In this document: piece after piece, positions 53,140 through 64,000 of the stretch
How positions within the stretch are numbered: position 1 is the stretch's first letter
Layout of the letters: the number at the start of each line of letters is the position of its first letter
NCBI RefSeq assembly: GCF_009914755.1
Contig: NC_060933.1
Source of the DNA: the human T2T-CHM13v2.0 reference genome, Homo sapiens
Reading direction: 5' to 3' (one strand)
DNA length: 64,000 nucleotides
The notes under the pieces: generated by a model
What the model saw: only the letters and a program-made list of their open reading frames with translations
What the model was told of the DNA's origin: nothing
The model's database searches: none
Translations under genes and position numbers: made by a program

Positions 53140-54094
53140 TGATCCATCTTTATTTCCAGGGAACGGTTTACCTGGAGCATTATTTTTATGGTATCTCATC
53201 ATGAACCCATAAAATAGTCATATTTTAAAATGTCCTCTGGTATCTAAAAATTGTACTTTACAGTGATTTGTTTAAACATAGTGACCCAATTTGTCTGATT
53301 TGGACCACTATTGAAGAGAAGTAATCCTGGCTAACACATATGGACAGACAGCTCTGGTCTAGGAGAGATAAAAGGAAGAATGTGGGAACTAACATCAGGC
53401 TGATTTTAAAGCTCGAGGGTGCTACACTACACAGCCAGTATGGTTAGTAAAAGGGGAAAGAAGAGTGCTAAAACATGAATCCACTAAATATCAGTGTCAA
53501 ACTTAAGGTTTGAGACCTCCTGTACCAGAAACAATTAGCAACAGGGCATGAGACTCTCCTACCTTGGACAGGTTATGTGAGTCCACCATGTGTCTGGGAA
53601 AAGGGATGCCACACTCTAACATACACATAAGAAGCACCAGGTGCTCTGACTGGCATGAGGAATGCACAGATAAATCAAGCAGAGTCTCTACCCTCATGGA
53701 GCCGACTGGGAAGAGAGCTGAGTGAGCAGAGGATATGACATAGCATGATGTGGCCAAGAGAGCAAGCAGGGGTTAGGCTGCTGAGGGAGCAGAAAGGAGG
53801 AGGCACCCTTCCTGCAGACCAGATGGGCAGGGGAAGCCAGAAAGGCTCCCAGAGAAGGGGAGGCCTTTGCTGGGTTTTGGAGAACAACATGGAGGCAGCG
53901 AAAGGAGTTGGTAAGGGTATTCCAAGCACTGAGGGAAGCACATGTGGAGGTGCTGTGGTGAAAACACAACAATGGTGCAACTAGAGCTTCTGTTTGAAGG
54001 TGGGAATAGGGGGAGAGGCTATTGCAGGCAGACCAGGGAGGCCCCTTTGAGCCGTGATAACTCTAGACTGATGCCCGGGAGGTGGACGAGATCA

Positions 54095-54283
<189 letters not shown>

Positions 54284-54852
54284 CTAAGTGAAAAACAAGG
54301 GACTTGGGATGAAGTAGAAAGGAAATATTTTGGAAACAACATGGCGCATTGCCAGTCCATCCATCTCTTCCCTTGCCCCGCCGCAGTCTCTGGGCCACTG
54401 TCTGCTGAAGCTGGTGAGCATGTGGGGCCCCAGGCTACAGGCCTCCTGCTTCTGTTTGCCCCTCCCCAAGCCTCTTACTAACCATCCCCTTCTGGGTCCC
54501 CTCTCCTGTAGCATCCCAGCTCTTCTCCAGCCCAAAACTCACATGGAACGAAGTAAGAAAGGCTTTGGTGCAGCTTGGAAAAGGAAGGTTCCTACCCACG
54601 TTTCACAAGTTTCCTGTGTCATGTGATCGTTGGGATTACTAAGTGGGGAAGTGCCAGCTTCAGACCTGACACGGCCACCTCAGTTGGTTATGGGCTTCCA
54701 GACTGGGCCTCAGCAGTCAAGTGACAAGGCTCTTCCAGCAAGGCCACTGGCCCTAGGAATGCTAGAAGTTGGCAGAGACAGGACGCACTGCTACTGGGAA
54801 CCCACCCTGTGCCACACTTTACAAGCAGAGCAGTGGCCCGTTTGATGGGTGA

Positions 54853-55171
<319 letters not shown>

Positions 55172-56610
55172 TTGTTTAGAACATTCAAATAACTTTCCCA
55201 AGCCCATGTAATAGTGGGACCTGGGGAAGGTTGTGTAGAAAGACAGTGATAATTTCTAAATGTTAGACATTGGCAAGAAGATATTAAATGCTCCTAATTT
55301 ACTGAGAACAGACAGGGCACAAACAAATCTTATCTGTGACAATAATTGTTCTAGATAGCATTCTGCTCTTTCTCAAGTATTTCTAAGAGGAAAGAAACAA
55401 GAACTTCCCTGTAGGGAGGGAAGGGATCACAGTGAAAAACATCCAAGCTCAGCACACACACTCAAGAGGGACACGCCATAAATCACTCTTTCCCCACAAC
55501 TTCCAGACACCCAGGTTTGTTCTGCCACTCAGTACACATTGGGGGAATTACGATCTGGAATGTATTAAAGCTTTAAAATTATTATGATCTGAATGATAAT
55601 GATCTCCAAGGAAATAAAATATATGAAAACTTCCCAGACAGTATACAGAGTGGATATAATACATATCTACAACCAGGAGGGGAAAGTCTGGAGTGGCAAC
55701 CACTTAATTTTTCTCCAAATATTTTGTGATTTTTAGAAGAGAAAATATTTAATTTCTAAGCACTTTGGGCTGAGATACTGGTCCCTTGTGCACCTTACTA
55801 ATCGTTTGAGTTTCCTGAGGAACGTCACAAATAATTCCTGAAACAAATTTGCAGCTATTTTTTTTATATTGATAACTGAATGTCTTGCCTTTAAAAAAAA
55901 AAAAAAATCTCCAACTGAGAGGGCTGGGCGACAGCCAGCATTTCCGTTCTTTGCACAATGACACAATTAAATGGGTTAATCCTCCACTAATTAGGTAATA
56001 TAAGCTATGCTCCTCAGAGAAAAGTCTGTTCTCAAGAAATACAAGATACAATTTGTTCAGTTATTGCCTAATCCTGGACTGAGTCCTTTATTGATTTACT
56101 TTCACGCCTTGGAAACAAAAGACATTTTTTAAAAGGTCAAGAGGTCTTAATGCAAGTTCAGGGGAAAAGATGACGAGGAGGACATGAGTGTTCCACCGAT
56201 ACTGTCCCCAACCTGACAGAGAAGTGGCTGTGAGGGTCCTCTTCACTCTCAGGGCAGCTCCCACTGATGGAATTGGAAGCAGCCAGTGCTATGGCCACTC
56301 TGAGGGGACAACGCATGCCTGACCAGGCTGGATCCATCCCAGCTGCCCTGAGGGAGTCCCTCCCAGGAGACGTGAAGGCAGATGCAATCCCAGACAGCCC
56401 CAGAACAGCTCCAAGCATCTAGCACCACTGCCCACCCCAGTTCCACTAGGGATCTAATTTGGGAGCACCATGGGCCTATGGAGGTTAGGAAGCCTGTGCC
56501 CAGGTAAAGTGTTTTAGAGATAGTGCTGCTCGGCATTGGTTGTGCAGTAGAATCCCTGGTGGGCTCTCAAAAGAAGCCTCAACCTAAACCCAGTAAATAT
56601 GAATTTTTAG

Positions 56611-56945
<335 letters not shown>

Positions 56946-57029
56946 AAGAGATGGCATTTTTAAAAACCTCGCCAAGAGATTCCACTGTGCCACCAAGGAT
57001 GAGAACCTAGGCTTTTGAATAGGTTCCGA

Positions 57030-57365
57030 CCTTAGCAGCACAGTGGATTCACCTGGGGTGCTTTTTAAAAATCCCCCCACTCAGGCCCCATTCACCACCA
57101 ATTCATTCAGAATCTCTGGGGTTGGACTCAGGCACCAGGTTTTTGTTAAGTCCCTCAGCAAACTCCAGTGTGCATTCAAGTTTAGAACCCAGGTTCCAGG
57201 CCCGTGATTCTCAGCCTTTCATATGTATTTGAATTACCTGGGTTCTTGTTAAAATGCAGATGCTGATGTAGTTGGTCGGGGTTGATTCAGTAAGACTGCA
57301 TTTCTAACAAGCCATGCAGGTGATGCCTGTGCTGCTGGTCCACAGGTCACACTTTGAGTAGCAAG
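57030..57365. mobile_element. MER5-family (hAT-Charlie) fragments
   Basis: cagaatctctgggg, gttaaaatgcagat, ctgcatttctaacaag and cacactttgagtagc motifs. Confidence 0.6.
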
Positions 57366-57416
57366 ACTGTTTGACCTAATGACGAGGGTCTATTTCCTGA
57401 CCCGGCTGCCTTCTTA

Positions 57417-57671
<255 letters not shown>

Positions 57672-59588
57672 TTATAGCATGGAAACCAGTGCTCTTGGAG
57701 TCCTCAGTAATTTCTAAGAGAGAAAAGAGGTTCTAAGTTTTAAAATGTTTGATGCTGCTGCTTTAAGCAATGAGGGACCACTGGATGTTTCCTAGCAAAG
57801 AAGGGAGAGAATGTAAATGACATTTCTGAAGACATGCAGAGGTGACTCAGGGAGCCTGCCGGTTAGGAAGCTAACCAGTGTCCAGACAGAAAACGCAAAC
57901 GTTCACTTGGGTTCTGTGACAACCACTGTAGAGTCCCTGGATACCAGACTCAAGAGGGACGCAGCGGCCAGCTGTCTTCCGGGTCTCCCAGGCTGGCTTC
58001 AGGACCCGAGCCTATTCTGTTTTTGTGGCTCCTCTAACTTACCTGTAAATCCTTTCTGCATTCCCTGGATGCCACCTCTTGTTCCCTATAAAAACCTACA
58101 AGTGTCCTCTGTCCAGTACAGAAATCCAAAGCCTCTATATCTGTGTCTTTGGGAAAAATTTCAGCAACTCCTAGCCCAGGGATCATGAGCTCAAATGCTA
58201 CAAGAATCAGGCAGTTTATGGGAATGAGCCAAGTGGGCTCCCCAAAGTACAAAACATACATGGCACAACAGCCGGGGGCCCTGTCTACAGGGAAGCCTGC
58301 CGCGTACCTGCAGCCAAGCTCTGCAGAACAAGACACAGGCTTGCCATGACCACAGTCTCTGCCTTTTCAGGAGAAACAAGGTATCCAATGTGTTAGCTCA
58401 AACGTTTTTTTAGTAACACCAAGTGAGCCAAAGAAAATACATAATGGACCAGATACAGCTGCCAAGTAACCCCCACCCACCCCTACATCACCACCCCACC
58501 ACACACACACACCAGTCCCTGAAGGCACTGGGTCATTGTGGTTAGGTGGTCCACAGGCCAACCACCCAGAACTGTTGTCTGGAAAAGTGCAGGAAGGAAA
58601 ATGAAAAATTCAATACTGTTCTTGAACCATGTCCTGGAGGTGCAGCCACTCCCACAATGACATGTTCATGGCTGGCTATCACAGCAGGGAACCGATCTTG
58701 AAACAGGACATTGCAATTGTCAAAAGGTTGAGCTTGAAGAAGCCATTCTATAAAAGCCTCAATTTCAAAGATCGGAATTTTTCAGCCAGAAATATCCCAC
58801 TGGGAGAGGTGCTCTGAGTTGTAAAGTAATAGATTTCACTGGTGGATGATGTTAAACCCATTCACCAGCCTCTAGAAAGTAATGCAAAACCCATTCATCG
58901 CAGTCCAAGAAGGATAAACTTAGAAGAAATAAAAGTATTTTTTAAAACAAAACGAATAAACAAAATCCTTGGGAGTCTGAGAGGTTTTGGACATTGCAAA
59001 AAGCAGTTAATTGTGAAAAGGTTTAGAGAAATTCATGGGCACACAGGCACAGAGGGCTACTATTAAAATCAGGGATATGCTAATATAGATGGGGGACATG
59101 TTTGAGGGGCTGGACCTGAGGGCTTCCCAAACACAGCAATTCTGGAGAGAGAAGCACTGAGCTATAACTGGGGATCAGACAGGACCCGGATGTGGGAGGA
59201 CTGATGTGTTGTCTCAACTAGAAAATCGTGTGTGATAATTGTTAGGAGGAACAAGGGAAACAGTGGATATAAAAGTGCTTTGAAATGTGCAGTGCTACAT
59301 ATATGCCCTATATTATTATTCATTTTTTACCATAACTAAATGCAGTGAAGATTCACTAAGTCATCCTAAAAGTATTTCCTATATTTGTAAGTGGAAATGC
59401 ATACATTTTTACACAGCTGTTAGTTTGTACATATTATTCTTCACAGTTTTCATACACATTTTTTGTATCCTTAATTTTCTAAGGATAAATCTTGGAGAAG
59501 GAAATAGAGGAGAAAGGAAATATGATTCATCTTTAAGGAAAAGACATCGATAATCACTACATTCAATTTGTGGGATACAGAAGTATAC

Positions 59589-59591
<3 letters not shown>

Positions 59592-59630
<39 letters not shown>

Positions 59631-59639
59631 AGTGTGTGT
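59592..59639. repeat. (TG)n microsatellite
   Basis: About 18 perfect units followed by a degenerate tail. Confidence 0.95.
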
Positions 59640-59883
59640 TACACATAAGAATCATTCCAGTTTCCAGTAAGGAAACCCTTTTTCTCCAAGGGTAACAGGA
59701 AGGTGACTTCCTCTCCATTCCAGGGTTGAGACCTACCTACCACAATTCTAAATACCCTTGGCAGAGAGGGTCACTCTGTCCTAAGAGATATAATCCCTGC
59801 TTAGGAATAACACGTTTAAGAATCCACCTGGGGACTTCCAAGCCTGGGCAGATTCTTCATGGTACATCAGGGAGACAGACTTA

Positions 59884-60075
<192 letters not shown>

Positions 60076-61930
60076 TCAAAGGAAGTCACCCCCCACTCAC
60101 AGTGAGCCCCACACAGACACACGAATTCCATCAATGACTTTCCTGAGAGCCAGTGCCAGGCCAGGCTTCTCCATCCTTCCTACGACTGTTTTGAAGACAA
60201 TATGGGTCAGAAGGACTTCCATGCGCCTTCTGGGACATCTGCAGAGCACTCCGTCTCTTCCTCCTGGGTTCTAAGCTCTATCGCTTCTATTTGACCAGCG
60301 AGGGAGACAGTGGGGCTGGAAGGACCAGGATGTTGGAAATGGCTCTCTCCAACACCCCATCTGTCATCCTCCCTCCAGAGGCCCTTCTCCCTCCCACTCA
60401 CCCTTGTCCAAGAGCATTATATAATGGAGATGCTGTTCTCTAAAGCTTTGCTCAATGAATTAAATAGTTTCTAAGAAAATACACAGGCGTAAAACAGGCC
60501 GAGGAGAAATTCAAAACAACAGCAACAAGAACAAGTTTTCCTGTTGAAGACACTGGGAAACTACATCTCCTAAAATAACCCAAAACTTGCCTTAACTTAT
60601 TTTTGGCCATATATTGAAGCCCTGAGCTTAAAACATATTTTTTTTTTCTGTAGTAAAATAAGAGAATCCTTTAAAAAAAAAAAAAACTTTAAGGCCTTTC
60701 TAAAAGACACTTTTAGGTAAAATAACTGTAACTCAGGCCCTCGCTAACAAAAGAGTTGTAGATGCAGAGCCCGCTGCATGCTGAGGTCGGCCCTGCCCTG
60801 TCCCAGCACCGCATCAGGGGCTGAGCAGGTCCGCATGCAGGCTAACCAAGAGGTCACAGGCAAACCCTGTTCACCGTATGCCTTCAGCTCCAGAAGCAAA
60901 GCTCTGGGGCAGCCTTCCACAACCCACCTCTCTGCCCAGATACAGTCCCAGGGCTTATCACTGTTTTTGCTGTACTTTGATGTGTAATTATTTGATTTAC
61001 ACCTGAGTTGCTCCACCAGACTGCATATTCCCTGAGAGCAGAGAGCACTGGTTGTATAATACCTGCAGCCCTTACCACAGTGCCTGGCGCATCACAAGCA
61101 CTCATCACATTGTCCAATCAGCAGACATCTCTAGCTGAGGGGTTGAAAACCGCTGGCCCAGATGGAGAAAACGTGCAAGTGCCTTGAGTCCTGCCGGTTT
61201 GGAAGGTTGGGCGACTGGGTTTAGGAGAGGCTGTTTTCTCTGTGACAGCTCTCACCACCCTAGCCACGCCCCTCGTCCATGTCAGTGGCCTTGCCCCCAT
61301 GGTTTTCAGGGTTACACTGAATTCTGTAGCAGGTCTGGTGGATCTTTTCCAAATGGATCTACATCAAGAGCCCTAGCCAATCCCCAGGCCTTCACAGAGG
61401 CAGGTAACTCAGGCCACCTCAGGTATGGCTCAGGAACGTCGTACCTGTTCCTGGCTCCTCGAGCTGTCAAAGGCAAGCCCTCCTCCATGGCACTCTTTCT
61501 TTCTTCCACCTCTCTATGCTGATCTAACACCTCAGTGGGGTTTCTGTATTTTCCTGCCTTGATGCTTTTTTGCATCTAAACATTCCTGTACTTAGATTGG
61601 TTGTGCCAACCTGGATTAATGACATTCAATTCTCAGCCCGGGATAAACACCAAAGGAAGCCCATTGAAACCACAGGAGGTGACACTTCTGGCTTTCTTTC
61701 CTGCCCAATGCCTTGTCCAGCTCAATGCCTGCTCAGAGGGTGACAGTGGCACCCAAAGGGAAGGAGGTACGTCTGGGGAAGGGATTTCTGAGCCCTCAGA
61801 GGATGGAAGATGATACGGGACAGGTGTGAAAGAGCTGAGCTGCAGAAGCAGGAGTTATTGCCACTTTAAGAAGGACCCATATCAAACTATTTACCCGGTG
61901 ACCAGACTGAGGAGGCATTGCCCCGGGATA

Positions 61931-62215
61931 TTATTATTTATTTATTTATTTACATTTTCTTTTTTTTTGAGACAGAGTCTCACTCTGTCACTCAGGCTGT
62001 ACTGCAGGAGTGTAATCATGGCTCACTGCAACCTCAACCTCCTAGGCTCAAGACATCCTCCCGCCTCAGCCTCCCGAGCAGCTGCCCAGCTAATTTTTGT
62101 AATTTTTGCAGAGACAAGGTCTTGCTCTGCTGCCCAGGCTAGTCTCGAATTCCTGGTTTCAAGCGATCCTCCCACCTCTGCCTCCCAAGTCCCTGGGATT
62201 ACAGATGTGAACAGG
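61931..62215 (-). mobile_element. AluJ with an internal deletion
   Basis: Diverged dimer with a (TTTA)n lead. Confidence 0.85.
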
Positions 62216-62422
62216 AAATGCCCAAGAAAGTGAAAATCTGTCATCTCTATGGGACAGTTTGCATGCTGGGACATCTAAATAGAAATCTTTTTACCTTCAA
62301 GGATTAATGAATTAAAAATTGAGCTGTATGGATCCAAAATACAGTGTGTAGGCCTTCGCAGGCAGCCAATAAACAAAGGATTGAGCTTCCTGTGTGTGCT
62401 GCGAGCGCAGCCTCCTATCTGT

Positions 62423-62438
62423 GCCACTAGAGGACAGC
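62423..62438 (+). promoter_or_regulatory. Candidate CTCF motif in GNA14 intron 3
   Basis: GCCACTAGAGGACAGC, one mismatch to the core consensus. Motif match only. Confidence 0.4.
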
Positions 62439-62931
62439 ACCAGATCAGCAGCTGATGGGTCCACGGCCCCGCTGCTCTAAACTTGACTTTAGATTTTAGC
62501 GCAATTGGACCTGCTGTCTTCTGATGGGGAAACCAGAAAGGCAGAGGGATATAGAGAGGAGGAAAGTAGAAGCCAAAAGCAAGGGTATTTCTTGTTTAAA
62601 TCAGATAATTTCAGCACTCCTAAGGAGATCAGTCCCACTTAAGGGACCTCAGATTTGATTTGAGTCTCTCATTGAAAACGACAGGCTTAGAACACAGCAA
62701 GAGCAGGCGGGTGTCGGCAGGAAGAGAGGTCTGCGATCCACAGAGTGACCGAGGGCTTTAGGAGGTGGTGAGAGATGGCACTAAGAGGTCAGGAGGGATA
62801 TGGGAAAGCAAAGGCAAGTAGCGCTGCCACTGTGCACCGCATTTCAGCAGCGTTCAGCGAGAAACTTCTTTGAAGTGTGGCCGAGCTTGCCTGAAAGCAC
62901 CGCGGGCGGCCAGGGTGGGCTCTGTACTCAC

Positions 62932-63086
<155 letters not shown>

Positions 63087-63640
63087 CTACTCAAAGGAAA
63101 GAGAACCTTGCATCAGGCAAAGGAAAGGAAGCCAACCCATTGGCAATGTCGGTACAAGTCTTGCCCTGGTCTGTGGATTTGGAGAGCTCTCACTAGGCAT
63201 GGGGCGTGGTGGGCACCCTCCCAGGGGCCGCTCACAGCCAAGACACCCACTGCAGCCATGCTGAGTGGAGATGAGGTGGCTGCTTAGCTCCGTGGAGAGA
63301 GCCACCAGCAGCCCAAGACCTGCAGCTTCTGTGCCCAGCCATGTCCTGGGCCAGTTTCGCCAGCATTCAACAACACCCAGTGGTGAATAAAGAGTCACTG
63401 GAGCTTTCATCCTACCAGCAAACTTTACTTCTTCATTAACATATGACTCATTTGAGTATCTGCATAGCCAATGAGGCCATTTAAAAATGGCACACCAAGG
63501 TTTGGGTGGTAGAAACTGGTCCACCTGGTACAGGCAATAAGGAGGCGCCTTGTCTTTAGAGAAGTGAAACACAATAACAACTTATCATCAGTCTGGGATT
63601 TTGTTCTTTCATTTAAAAAAAAAAAAAAAAAAAAAACACT

Positions 63641-63959
<319 letters not shown>

Positions 63960-64000
63960 TTAGAGCAGTTTTAGCTTGCCAGCAAAATTGTAGGGCAAGT

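Noticed and set aside
53503-53984. Cluster of overlapping ORFs on both strands in GNA14 intron 6
   Set aside because: GC- and purine-rich intronic sequence with few stops. No recognisable domain or splice support.

Overview
Human genomic DNA (human-specific AluYb8 and L1HS-Ta are present) spanning two convergent gene ends. The + strand carries the 3' end of VPS13A (chorein). Using legacy numbering, this is exon 68, the alternative terminal exons 68b (ASKSLI*) and 69 (poly-Asp tail), exons 70-73 of the full-length PH-domain isoform, and a long 3'UTR. The - strand carries exons 3-7 of GNA14 (G alpha-14). The rest is intronic and repeat-rich: a twin-primed inverted L1PA2, a 5'-truncated L1HS-Ta, a full-length dead L1PA (approximately PA4-5) with an AluY inside ORF2, a near full-length Tigger1, MER44, MER1B, about 21 Alu-family elements, and older L1M/L2/MaLR relics. 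Most ORFs in the supplied track are L1/Alu/Tigger fragments or noise. I see no wholly new biological system. The best leads are: (i) an in-frame cluster of candidate VPS13A exons at 18453-18722 (a 21-nt microexon and a 192-nt exon ending exactly at a stop codon); (ii) a candidate mini terminal exon at 35990-36035; (iii) a sense L1HS-Ta poly(A) signal upstream of the PH-domain exons; (iv) a 35-bp templated insertion; (v) a nonsense change shared by two L1 copies 40 kb apart. Subfamily calls and literature points are from memory and were not database-checked.
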